Source: a virus
Strand: one strand, 5' to 3'
Virus record (IMG/VR): IMGVR_UViG_3300027769_000918
Location: 1-64,000 of that record
Length of the DNA stretch: 64,000 nt
The notes beneath the pieces are model-generated. The model was not told the DNA's origin, searched no databases, and saw only the letters and a program-made list of their open reading frames with translations. Position numbers and translations under genes: made by a program. This document shows, piece after piece, positions 23,797 through 34,600 of this stretch (positions are counted from its first letter, which is position 1; the number at the start of each line of letters is the position of its first letter).

Positions 23797-26655
23797 TTAA
23801 ATTCCAGCGGCGTCAAGCCTATTTAATATTCTTTTTAATACACTTATTAGTATTGGAGAAAGACTATTATAATTAATGTTTTCTGGGGTCCCATCATTAT
23901 TATATTCAACTATATCTTCAAGGCCTTCAATTGCTGCTACCTCTTCTGCAATTAACCCTACACGATATGCTTCATCGCCAGACTCCATGTCAGCTATGCC
24001 CTGAAACTTAACTGGCCTTAACAACATAAGCTGAGTGTCTGTAAACTCTATATCTTGAATATTTGTTTTATATCTTCTTGAAGATGTAGATCTTGCTAAT
24101 TGTCCTGTAGTTGAGTTTAGCCACGCATTTGCTCCAGATGTGGTTGTGGATGGGGTGGCCGCTCCCGTTGTGGTTTTTTGAAAAAATGTATTGTAACCAG
24201 AGCTAAAAGTACTTGCTCCGTTTACAAAATCCATTGCTCCAGACAGAGTGGTGTTTGTACTTGTAACAGTTAAATAGTTATTGCTATCGGCCGCAATAGT
24301 TGCAGCGTTTTGATTAAGTAAAACAAGGCCATATGTTGTAGCATTTGCGTTAGCTGTTGCGCCCCAGTGCATTAATATTCCTGAAGATGCTGCGGCTAAA
24401 AGCTGTCCTCTAACGGTACCACCATAAACAACTCTTAAAGAATCTGTTGTTGCGTCCACTAATTCAACTCTGTTGCCAGAAGTACTTGTCTGAATTTTAG
24501 TTCCAGTTATAGTTCCACCAGTAATAGTGTTGGCTTCAAACTTTGAAGCAGTAATTCTTCCACCTTCAATTGTTCCATTCCATCCATCTAATTTTACTGG
24601 TGTATATCCTGTTGTGTAGTAGCTTCTAGATGTTATGTATTGATTGTCTACTGTCCATCCATTTGTAGTATCTCCTAAAGAAATAGTTCCATTTGAAGAA
24701 ATATTTAATGTTTGGTTTCCTCCGCTTGTTGCCCGAATACCATTTCCATCTACAACAAATCCATTAAATCCTGCTGTGCCACCAGTAATATTTAATCTGG
24801 CAACATCAATTTGTCCAGTTGTTATTCTGCTTCCATTTATTACCGTCGTATTTAAATCTAAAACCGTATTAATATCTGATGCTGCCATTTTTAATGCAGC
24901 TGCATTTGCTGCTGCCGTCGCAGCCTGTGAGGCCGCTGTTGCACTTTGTCCCGCTGCTATTGCTTCATTGTAAGCTTCGTCACCTCTGGCTTTTGCAATT
25001 GCCGCTTGTCCAGCTGCGGCACCAGCGTCTTGAATTCCCTGCAATGCATTTTGCTTAACAGTATCAATTGTTGTTCCGTCTGAAAGCTGTGTGCCAACAG
25101 TTAAAGTTCCAGCAAAGGAAGAGTTACCAGTTATCATGGCCCCAGAAGCTGTGAGAACTCCAGATTTGCTAACTTTAAATGGTGCTGTTGCTGATGAATT
25201 TTTTCCGATCCACATTCTAAAGTTTGCATCATTTGCATCAAGACGAACAATGTCATCTGTGTTTGCTCCACCCAATTCAAGTGAGCCCGTTAAACTATTT
25301 AGTCTTGCATTATTATTGCTAAATCCGTTTGTTGTTAATTGCCATCCTGCAATATTTCCAGCATTTGCAGTTATCTGACCATTTGCAGCATCTAGTGTTA
25401 TTGAGTTAGTTCCATTTGCAACCTTTAAACCAGTTGCATTTAAAGCAAATCCATTTCCAGTTAGGTTACCAGCTGAGTTGATTGTTCCATTATATATAGA
25501 TGCGTTAGTTGAAGCTAGCAATATGTTTCCAGTAAAAGATCCAGATCTTGCTGTTAGGTTACCTGTTACTGACAAATTTGTTCCGTCCCATAACAACTTG
25601 TCATTTGTTCCGCCAACAGAAAGTCTTGCTGCCGATGAAGCAGTAGTATTGCCTTGAATGTACCAGTAATTTTCTGGACCTAAGTAAAGCCCTTTATTAG
25701 CATTGTCTCCACCGATGCCGTAACCCATTTTCATGTCACCCGCTGTGATTGCAACATCTGCCGCCAACGATGTGCTTGCTGGTATTACAATATTTGGATA
25801 GCTCTTCCAGTCTGAGACGTTTGTATTGCCAAATTGATCGTATGTGCTTACACCAATTTCATATGTCTGCCCCGCCTTTACTCCATATAAATAAGTAGAC
25901 GTTGTTGTACGTCCAGGAACTGACATGTAGGTATAATCAGTTGTACCTACTCTTCTAAATCTTATTTGATATCCGTAGGTTGACTCGTCTGTGTTAGCTG
26001 TCCAGTTAAATAAAACCTTTTTATTAAAAGTAAACAATCCGTCTGGGTCATCTTGAACAGTTGCTGTCCCTACTGTAAAATCATTTGTTGGTGGATTAGC
26101 ATCTACAGTAATGGGATCTTTAATAACAATTGGTCCTGCAACAAATCCTGCAATACAACTTTGTCTAAACATGTCTCTGTGCACTACATAAACGTACTTA
26201 GGAAGCAGATCTGATGTTAATATATTGCATTGGTTAGATGTTCCAACGTAAACAACTTTTGATGATGGTGAAAAAGAATTTGTATTGCTTTCATAAACAA
26301 TTGTATCTGCATAACTTGCAAATGTTGGCATGTCCCATTTAACTTGATAAGAATAAAATCCACCTGCGGTTGTAACATTAGTAGGTGCTGTAGCGATACA
26401 CGGAATTTCTAGCTCTATTGTATATGTAGCAGACGGTGGTCCAAGGACTGGAGTTGATTGTGTTTCATCTGGATTTACATAATAATACTGAAAAACAAAA
26501 TTATATTTACCTGCAAGCTTTACTGGAAGTTTTTCTATTGTTATAGTATATGAGTCTTTAGATGAAAGTGCATTAGCAGTAGCAATTCCTGATGCATCTT
26601 TTTGTAAATCAGCAGAATTTGATCTATCTACTCCATCTAAACCTGGGTCTCTCAT
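23797..26655 (-). CDS. Tail fibre/spike with FN3-like domains and C-terminal S74 intramolecular chaperone
   Basis: FN3-like W...YQIRFR...GQTYEIGVSTYD; SSRRYKTNI...LRPVKF...GLIAEEV. Confidence 0.85.
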   Translation of the reverse strand: MRDPGLDGVDRSNSADLQKDASGIATANALSSKDSYTITIEKLPVKLAGKYNFVFQYYYVNPDETQSTPVLGPPSATYTIELEIPCIATAPTNVTTAGGFYSYQVKWDMPTFASYADTIVYESNTNSFSPSSKVVYVGTSNQCNILTSDLLPKYVYVVHRDMFRQSCIAGFVAGPIVIKDPITVDANPPTNDFTVGTATVQDDPDGLFTFNKKVLFNWTANTDESTYGYQIRFRRVGTTDYTYMSVPGRTTTSTYLYGVKAGQTYEIGVSTYDQFGNTNVSDWKSYPNIVIPASTSLAADVAITAGDMKMGYGIGGDNANKGLYLGPENYWYIQGNTTASSAARLSVGGTNDKLLWDGTNLSVTGNLTARSGSFTGNILLASTNASIYNGTINSAGNLTGNGFALNATGLKVANGTNSITLDAANGQITANAGNIAGWQLTTNGFSNNNARLNSLTGSLELGGANTDDIVRLDANDANFRMWIGKNSSATAPFKVSKSGVLTASGAMITGNSSFAGTLTVGTQLSDGTTIDTVKQNALQGIQDAGAAAGQAAIAKARGDEAYNEAIAAGQSATAASQAATAAANAAALKMAASDINTVLDLNTTVINGSRITTGQIDVARLNITGGTAGFNGFVVDGNGIRATSGGNQTLNISSNGTISLGDTTNGWTVDNQYITSRSYYTTGYTPVKLDGWNGTIEGGRITASKFEANTITGGTITGTKIQTSTSGNRVELVDATTDSLRVVYGGTVRGQLLAAASSGILMHWGATANANATTYGLVLLNQNAATIAADSNNYLTVTSTNTTLSGAMDFVNGASTFSSGYNTFFQKTTTGAATPSTTTSGANAWLNSTTGQLARSTSSRRYKTNIQDIEFTDTQLMLLRPVKFQGIADMESGDEAYRVGLIAEEVAAIEGLEDIVEYNNDGTPENINYNSLSPILISVLKRILNRLDAAGI

Positions 26656-27599
26656 TAGAAGGAAAGACCTATTCTATATTCTACATCAATCTCTCTTCCG
26701 TAAGATTTAACAATAGGATTTGTTAGTACGGATCTGCTGATAATAGAAGAGTATGTATTAAAACTATCTTCATCATTTATTCTTAACCCATCAAGCAGCA
26801 CTGTTGTGCTTCCGCTTGATTTTGCTTTTGCGCCGACTGATATTTTAATTATTGACTCTTTGTCTGGAGTACCTGAATTAAATCCAGAAGAGTAGAGGCT
26901 GCTTAACTGAAGAGGAATAATTTTATTTAAAAGAGAAGAGTCTCCTGAGTATCTTATTTCATAGTAATCAGAAGAAGAGCTATAGAATCTAACATATACG
27001 TAATCTAAGTTAGTATCTTGCTGCTTAAATGCAAGAGTTAAGCTATCATTTTGACTATATCCTAATAGATTGAAGTTTGTAGACAAATTATATTGCTTGC
27101 TGTTATTAGCGTTTGCCGATAAACTAAACCAAGTATTACCTATTCTTGGAGAAGGTGAAGATACAGTTGTTGCTGGAGCACCAGCGTCGTCTAGCCAGCT
27201 TAAATTGTTTTCAAAAGTAGAAATAAATCTACTGCTAAAATCTGAATTGCCTTCAGTTTCAGTTGGAAATAAACCAACTTCATTAATTGTTCCGACTATG
27301 TCTGTTGGAATAGTTGTTTTATAAACAACTGCATATGTTGAAACTCCTGTTTGAGCATTAGTTTGAATATCAATGCTTCCTAAATTAACTGCAGATCTAT
27401 AGAACTCAAAAGATAATTGAGTATCGTTTACAGTTGCTGTAGCGTTGCCAATTCCTATGGCTATGTCTTTATTATTAAATGACACAGCTCCAGCTAGATA
27501 CGATGTTAAAAATCTTTTACCAAATTTAGTTAAAAGGTTGGAGTTTCGGCATATCTCTTTGCCGTTCTCATAAAAGACGTATTCTCCTGTTATATGCAT
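26655..27599 (-). CDS. Minor tail/baseplate protein
   Basis: NLLTKFGK...IAIGIG...DTQLSFEFYR...INEVGLF; start re-called at 27599. Confidence 0.65.
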   Translation of the reverse strand: MHITGEYVFYENGKEICRNSNLLTKFGKRFLTSYLAGAVSFNNKDIAIGIGNATATVNDTQLSFEFYRSAVNLGSIDIQTNAQTGVSTYAVVYKTTIPTDIVGTINEVGLFPTETEGNSDFSSRFISTFENNLSWLDDAGAPATTVSSPSPRIGNTWFSLSANANNSKQYNLSTNFNLLGYSQNDSLTLAFKQQDTNLDYVYVRFYSSSSDYYEIRYSGDSSLLNKIIPLQLSSLYSSGFNSGTPDKESIIKISVGAKAKSSGSTTVLLDGLRINDEDSFNTYSSIISRSVLTNPIVKSYGREIDVEYRIGLSF

Positions 27600-27600
27600 T

Positions 27601-27948
27601 TTATCCTCCCTTTCCATAAACACCAATTACTCCATCGCCGACATGGTTTTTAACATTAAAAATAAATCTTGCTTGCGGTACACCCTTTTGATCATAATAT
27701 ATTTCTGACTTTACTAAAGTTATATCTTCTAGGTTTGGCGCCGCTAATTTTGTTTTTTCTTTATCATCATCTTCATCATCTTCACCTATTATTGGTGAAA
27801 ATGTGAACTTGCTGTTTGGAAGGCTGCCGCCTGGTGTATCGTCAAAATCATATGTAAATGGATTAATGATGTCCACATGCTCTTTTTTAAGAACCTTTAC
27901 AAGAGGATCATCTTCAAATAATTTTAACTTAGGGTTATTTTTTGCCAT
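27601..27948 (-). CDS. Hypothetical tail-region protein
   Basis: 115 aa; ATG 6 nt after TGGTAGAAT. Confidence 0.65.
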   Translation of the reverse strand: MAKNNPKLKLFEDDPLVKVLKKEHVDIINPFTYDFDDTPGGSLPNSKFTFSPIIGEDDEDDDKEKTKLAAPNLEDITLVKSEIYYDQKGVPQARFIFNVKNHVGDGVIGVYGKGG

Positions 27949-27965
27949 GTTAACATTCTACCATT

Positions 27966-30900
27966 TCAATTGACATAAATCGACCTACACAAAAGCTTTG
28001 TTGATGGGCCATTTACCCAGTCATGATTGATGTCTAATACTACGTATTTGCCAGCCGTGAATCCCGCTGGGATTGAGGTATCTTCTGAAGAATATAGACT
28101 TGCAATTGGGTATGATACTTCAACCACATCTCCTATTTGAATAAGTGGATTTGGAACTATTTCCATTTCCAAGATACTCTGCTGTTTTGACCACTGAGTT
28201 TTCATCCAGTCTGATAGGGCTTTTGCCTCTGATTCTTTTTGTATCCAATTTGAATCAAATGCAAATTGCTCTTCCTTGTCTATTGCTGTTAGGGTAGGAT
28301 CTAAATATTCATATGGGTCTGACTTAACAATGCTGTCTCCAATAACTTTAAAAAACTTTGTTTCTCCGTCGCTTAACATTGTATATGTGCCTGAGTTGTT
28401 CATTACAAATGCTTCCATGCTGAACGAGTCTATGTTTGACCCTACTATAGTAGCATACGGATTTAAAGTAATTACTGGATATCTTGGTATGGCTGGAGTG
28501 TTATCCCCAGATGTTATTCTTGAAGATATCTTTATTATTTCTCTTGCCACTGGACCAAATTCTTCCATGTACCCTATGTCTTCTACTACAGAGCCTTTAG
28601 ACATAACAAAATTAGAAAACTGTTTTACCAAAAATGAATTCTGTCCTAGGTAGTTTTTATATGGGTTGTACAATTCTTTAGTTATAAATTCTGAATCTGA
28701 TATTGGAGACGTGTACATATAGTCATATCTGGCTGTTCCTAATCCAGAAACTAAGCCTGCTCTATTTGTTATTGGGAGGGGAGACTTATCAATAGCAATA
28801 ATTTCTGTATTATCTATCATTAATTTAATAGACATAAAGGCCTCATTTGTACTAGAGAGAGACTTATTTGCTTTTACCTGAATGCTATACATTTTCCCGC
28901 CCTGAATGCTTTGAAATTGATTTGCATCAGTTTGTGTGTCTTGCAATACGGTTGCAACACCATTTACAACTTTAATAACCTTAACACATCTTTCTTTTAA
29001 ATCTCTTGCAACCGCACTTTGGGGTGGCTCAACATGAACAATGTACCCAGTTGTATGTGCTTCATTAAGGCAAAATGCTATACCTCCAACACATATCTGG
29101 TTCCCGCTTACTGTTCCATCTGAGTTTCTTGCTAGAGGAAAGTACATGCTTGTGCTTACAACAAAGTTGTCGTAGCCTGATCTTAATGTTTTTGCTGTTG
29201 TGCTAGATATTGTGTATTTAGTTGGAGAAGATGATGTTGGAGTTGCCGTAACTAAAGAATTGACTGTTAGCATTGACCTTGGAGCTTTTAGTTGGCTTGC
29301 ATCAGAAGACTCTAGCGATATGAGGCTGTTATTTAATGTTGAAGTTTTTGCATCTTTATCATAAACATATGTGGTCCATCTTGATTTTATGGCAGCAAGA
29401 TTAACTTCATGATTTGCTGGGGCGGACAAAAGCCCAAAAGCATTTCTTGTTTTAATTCTAAACTCACCTGTTGGCTTAAATGTTCCTGGCTGAGAAAGAC
29501 CTTGATATTTTGCAATATCAACATCAGATGTAATCCATTGTTCTGCAGTGTTTGACTGTCCAACTAGTTGATATATATACTTTATAGCATCATACTCAAT
29601 AATTTCTTTGTTTACTAAAAGATAACCTGACTTTTGATAAAATACATGGTCTACTGCTGACTCATATACTGAAACTGGCTCAGTAAATATTGATCCTCCT
29701 GCACCAGTCGATGCGCCTAGATCTTTAATTAATGCGGCTGCACCAAGTTTAATTATTCCAGACTCGTAAACTGGATCTGCAGAAAAGTTATATTGAGAAG
29801 TTAGCTGTGGAGTATATCTTACTTTAATTGCTTTTGCTGAAGGCACTGTTGTTTTTTTAAGATTTACAATGTTTGGAAGATTCTCTCCTATTTTTTCGTA
29901 TCTAAATTTAAAAGAAGACGCTTTGTTTGAAAAGATATACTCTCTTGTATAAAATTGCAAAACATCATATTCGTCAAAGACTGCAATCATTTGTGTGTCA
30001 TTGCATATGTCTTGTATGTGCTGCCACATTGTTTTTGTGCTATCTGTATAATAAAATAATGGAGTTACTGTTGAAGAGTCTGTTCCAGTAGAGTTAAAGT
30101 TATAATTGGTAAATCCTACGCTATCAAGAAGTCTTCTAATTATTGCTTGAGAAGAGTAGTCTCTCATCAAAATATCTGGAGCCATTATTTTTTGAAGATA
30201 GCCTGCACCATCAAGAGCGGTTATGCTTACATCTCCATGTTCTGTTATTGAAAAATCTTCTGTTCCATAAAAAACTCCATAGGGGATTGAGTCTGAATTT
30301 TGAATTTTAATAAATGGTTCAATTATAATATTTTTATAAAGATTAATTTTATTTTTATCAAATGAGAATGTTTTATCATACGCAAGACCTGTTCTATCAT
30401 AGCAATTTAAATCTAATGATAAAGAGTTTGCTGTCACCATTCCAACTGGAGTTATGCCATCAGAAGAATTAGAGGACTGTTTTCTAACATCAAATGTAAC
30501 CACTCTGTCTGATACATCTTTTACATACTTGGCAGCTATTTCAATTACCCCAATATACTCATTAGCAACACTTACTGATGTAACCTCAACCTTAATCTCA
30601 GAAATTCCTATTGGCTCTGATGGACTTGCAAACTTTGTTGTGCTCCAAGATGTTCCGTTGTAGTACAAATTAACTACACCATTATCTGGAACAGCAGCAT
30701 TTGTAGATATTGTTGATTCAACGCCTGATAAGTTTTTAATCTTTACTGTCCATGCAGTGGGCTTGCTATGTGATGTTTCAAATTTAATTACAATTTTATT
30801 TGATGCTGCAGTTTTTGCTGCAGGATAAGATACGGTTAATAGACATCCCGATAAGGAGTTCCCTAAAGCTCTTTTGCTAACCCAGTATTTATATTGAACT

Positions 30901-31220
30901 TTATCCCCTGGATAGTATAGTCTGTATGATTGATTTGTTGATGTTGAATATACTGTAGGGTATTGATTAATCTGAGAATTCATAATAAAATATTTTATTC
31001 CCGCCGTTTTAGGGCGGCGTGGATCAATAATTGTTTTTACTGGGAAAAGCTTTTGAAATGGAAGCGAGTCTCCCGTAGAAGTTGTAACGTCTGTTGAGCT
31101 TGTAATAGAGCATCCATCAATTAGCTCATTCATATTATACTCAATCCAGCAGCCTGGTACCGATGTATACGATACTGATTTGTTTATAGCATCAAGTGCC
31201 GTAGTGTATCCAGATAACAT
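27966..31220 (-). CDS. Large minor tail protein (tail tip/hub)
   Basis: 1084 aa, second gene after the tape measure; C-terminal PNPLIQIGDVVEV motif. Confidence 0.75.
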   Translation of the reverse strand: MLSGYTTALDAINKSVSYTSVPGCWIEYNMNELIDGCSITSSTDVTTSTGDSLPFQKLFPVKTIIDPRRPKTAGIKYFIMNSQINQYPTVYSTSTNQSYRLYYPGDKVQYKYWVSKRALGNSLSGCLLTVSYPAAKTAASNKIVIKFETSHSKPTAWTVKIKNLSGVESTISTNAAVPDNGVVNLYYNGTSWSTTKFASPSEPIGISEIKVEVTSVSVANEYIGVIEIAAKYVKDVSDRVVTFDVRKQSSNSSDGITPVGMVTANSLSLDLNCYDRTGLAYDKTFSFDKNKINLYKNIIIEPFIKIQNSDSIPYGVFYGTEDFSITEHGDVSITALDGAGYLQKIMAPDILMRDYSSQAIIRRLLDSVGFTNYNFNSTGTDSSTVTPLFYYTDSTKTMWQHIQDICNDTQMIAVFDEYDVLQFYTREYIFSNKASSFKFRYEKIGENLPNIVNLKKTTVPSAKAIKVRYTPQLTSQYNFSADPVYESGIIKLGAAALIKDLGASTGAGGSIFTEPVSVYESAVDHVFYQKSGYLLVNKEIIEYDAIKYIYQLVGQSNTAEQWITSDVDIAKYQGLSQPGTFKPTGEFRIKTRNAFGLLSAPANHEVNLAAIKSRWTTYVYDKDAKTSTLNNSLISLESSDASQLKAPRSMLTVNSLVTATPTSSSPTKYTISSTTAKTLRSGYDNFVVSTSMYFPLARNSDGTVSGNQICVGGIAFCLNEAHTTGYIVHVEPPQSAVARDLKERCVKVIKVVNGVATVLQDTQTDANQFQSIQGGKMYSIQVKANKSLSSTNEAFMSIKLMIDNTEIIAIDKSPLPITNRAGLVSGLGTARYDYMYTSPISDSEFITKELYNPYKNYLGQNSFLVKQFSNFVMSKGSVVEDIGYMEEFGPVAREIIKISSRITSGDNTPAIPRYPVITLNPYATIVGSNIDSFSMEAFVMNNSGTYTMLSDGETKFFKVIGDSIVKSDPYEYLDPTLTAIDKEEQFAFDSNWIQKESEAKALSDWMKTQWSKQQSILEMEIVPNPLIQIGDVVEVSYPIASLYSSEDTSIPAGFTAGKYVVLDINHDWVNGPSTKLLCRSIYVN

Positions 31221-31678
31221 TATACCTCTTCCAGGCCGATACTAACATCCCAAAATTCTTGTGGAGCATCAGAAGTTTTTTCTCTAACATTTCTCTTTAC
31301 AAGAGTGTGACTACAATTTGTAAAAACAACTGTAACAATTTCATCTCTTGCGGAAACTGCATTGTATGATATTTTAATCTTAAATGATCCCGTTCCTTTG
31401 TTTGAATAAAATGATTTAAGATCTACTGCTCCGTATCCATTATCTAATGTCATTGTGCTGTAAGAGGGAAGCATTGTCCATGAAGTGCTTATGGTTTTTT
31501 TGTCTGCAGTAAACTGTTTACGCATTGTTCCATTTGCCATTCTTTGTTGCTTCTCAATTCTATTTGTATCAATGCTAATTGGTTCACGATTATGCTCAGT
31601 TAATTTTGTCCAAACTGGGGTGTCATTTGTTGAAGTGTCTATGTAAAGAACTGAGCCAACTGGTAGCGTGACTGCCAT
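31220..31678 (-). CDS. Distal-tail (Dit)-like protein
   Basis: Immediately after the tape measure; RMANGTMRK...WDVSIGLEEV. Confidence 0.65.
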   Translation of the reverse strand: MAVTLPVGSVLYIDTSTNDTPVWTKLTEHNREPISIDTNRIEKQQRMANGTMRKQFTADKKTISTSWTMLPSYSTMTLDNGYGAVDLKSFYSNKGTGSFKIKISYNAVSARDEIVTVVFTNCSHTLVKRNVREKTSDAPQEFWDVSIGLEEV

Positions 31679-34600
31679 TAGATTAACCTACTTTCGCCAG
31701 ATTGTGATTTAATTAATTTAGCATCTTTTCCAATTGCTTGAACAGTTGCTTGTGTAACTTTTCTAATAAATGCATCTGCATCTTCACCTGGAGCCTGATT
31801 AAATGTCTGATAGACAATTGTTGATTCGCTGCTTGAGGATCCTGGAAGTAGTCCAGTTAATGCCTTTGCTCCTGCAGGAATATTAAAACTTGGGCTTGCA
31901 AATGGAATACTAGAAAGATTTGGAATAACCATATTATTATACAATAATTCTGGGCCCATGTCACCAACAATAGTAGGAATCTTTGGATCAATGTCCATTA
32001 ATCCTTTTCCAGCTTTTATCGCTGGCATGGTCCATCCACCTGGAGCATTCCAGTTTGCACCATTTCTATTTACAGAAAGAACCCATTTTGTTCCATTGCT
32101 ATCTGTAAATGTATTTTTTGATTTGTCTGCAGAAGCAGTATTTGCTTCTGTAAGATTTTTAAATTGCGGTGGTCTTGTTCCCGCTAATGGTTTAGTTATA
32201 GTTCTTCCTCCTGCACCATTTGTAGTAACAGTTGGAAGATTTCCGTTTGCTCCGCCCTTAAATGCTTTATCTAATATTGTTGCTAAGTTTTTATCTCCAA
32301 CAATAAATGTGTCAGTTGTAAATGCTTTGCTTGACATTGCCGCTGCTGTGGCTGCAGGATTTGTTGCTGGCACCCATCCACCTTTTCCTGGATATGCTCC
32401 GTTGGCAGCTGGAAGATTTGCACCTGCAGCTTTTGTTGGAGAAACTAAACCAGCAGATAGGTACTTTCCTAATTCTGTTTTTAAGAAATCCGTCTCGGTC
32501 ATGCCTGGGTTTTCTGTTTTCCATTTAGCTAAGTTTAACTGGTATGCTGATTGAGCATTATTTAAACCATCAATTGTTCCAATTAGTCCTGCAATCTTCT
32601 TATCAAGCGAAGCTAGGCCTGTCCCTGCAAGTGCTGCAGCATCTGCAAGCTTTTCATTAGCACTTTGTATTTTTTTAATTTCTGCAAGTGGTCCTGCATT
32701 TGCTTTATCTGCCGCAGCTTGAATTGCTCTAGTTTGCCCAAGATTCTGTATGTTGTTAACAGCGCCTTCATATCTTAATCTAGCCTGTGCTGCTTGTGCT
32801 GTATTCCCTGTAGACTCTGCAAATTGAAGTTCAAGTCTTGCAGATTCCATTTCACGATTAAGATCTGCATCTTCTTTTGCGGCGTTTAATGCTTTTATTC
32901 TTGCGTCAGCAAGCTTATTTGTTTTATCAATTTGATCTTGAAGCTCTTTTAGTCTCTTCTTAGAATCTATTTGAGCCTGTACACTTTGTCCAGCGGCCTT
33001 CTTTGCAAGGTCATCTCTTTGTTTTTTAAGAGCACCTAAATCTTTATATTCCTGTTCAAGCAATCCACCCTTGCCTTTATTAGCAGCAATAACTTTTTCA
33101 CTTATAATATTACCTATGTTGTAGAGTGCTGCAGTTTGCTCTGCATTTAATTTTGAAAGATCTCCAGCAAGACCCATTGCCTGCAATCTAAGCTTTTGCC
33201 ATACGCTAACAACTGTATCTGATGTACTTGCAAGCTCTTTAATTGCTGGATTTGCTTTTGCCATTTCATTAATAGTATCTCTTGTAAGCTTAGTTTGTCT
33301 AAACTGGCTAGCATTTAAATAATCCATCATCTTAATTTCTGCTTGAATTTTACTTATAGCTTCAGTTTTATTGGTTTTGTCTTTTCTTGCGGCTTCTTCG
33401 CTCTTTCTAACAATCTCGTCTACGCCAGCGTCTATTGCAGTTAATGCTGTGTTTAATGCAGCAGCTTGCGCTTGAGCTTCTCCTAGCCTTGCTGCTGTAT
33501 CAAATGACTTAAGAGAGCCTCCTGCTGCCGTTTTGGCATCTGTTATAGCATTAAAATCTTGGTTTCCAACTGTTGATGCTGCAGCCATTCCTGCATTTTT
33601 TGAAAGAGACATCATTGCATAAATTTTCTTAGTTGCATCTTCTGCAGACATTCCAGCAGCCATTAGTTGTGTTTTTAATCTTACAGCAACATCGCCTAAC
33701 TCAGCTTTCTTTGTTGAATTAATTAATTTGATTTGCTCAGAGAATGCACTTTTAACTTCATCTTTTAATTTTTTATATTCAGTAATAGTCATCTTAATTG
33801 GAATACCAGCCTGTGTCATACTTTCGTATGCAAGCTTGTTTGCCTCCATTAAGTCTTTTGATCTTTGAATGCTATCTTTAATTTTTTGATTATAGTCTGT
33901 GTATTTAAGTCCAGCTTTTTGTGCCGCTTCTGCTGTAAGGCCAAAACCTAATGCATTTAGCTTTAAATTTTCTTGATGCTTTTTCCATGCAGTATATCCA
34001 ACTGTTAATGCAGTTGTAACTCCAGTTATAGCTAATCCTAGAGGTGTGACAGAAGCAAGAACTCTTCCAAATATTGGGCCAAGCTTTGACATAACTGCGC
34101 CAGCTGAAGATCCAGCCTTGCCCATTGCCATAAGGTTTCCTGATGTCTGAGCTAATGGCTTAACTGTAGATGTTGCACCTTGTGGTAGTTTGCTAGTTAT
34201 GCCTCTTGTCATTCCACTCATTGCACCCATTGGCAGTAAGAATGGAAGTATATTTGATACGTTAGATATTGCAGCTCCTGGAGTTCCGCCAACTTTATTT
34301 CCCAGCATATTTCCAAGAATTGGAATTCCCATTGCAGCTAATAATCCTGCGACTAATCCTCCGCCTGCATATCCTTTAACTGGCCCGCCGTCTGCATAAC
34401 CATCAAGAACCATTCCTCCATTAGCATATCCTTGTGGTCCACCCTTACCAACATATCCGCCAGTTGCGTAGCCTCTTCTCCACTTCTTAGTAAGCATTGC
34501 GCTATTGTAGTCTGTAGAAACACGCTTTCTTCCAACTGGCATAAATCTTCCAAGCCAGTTGCTTCCTTCTTCCCTTATGGATTTTTTAAACATTTTTGTT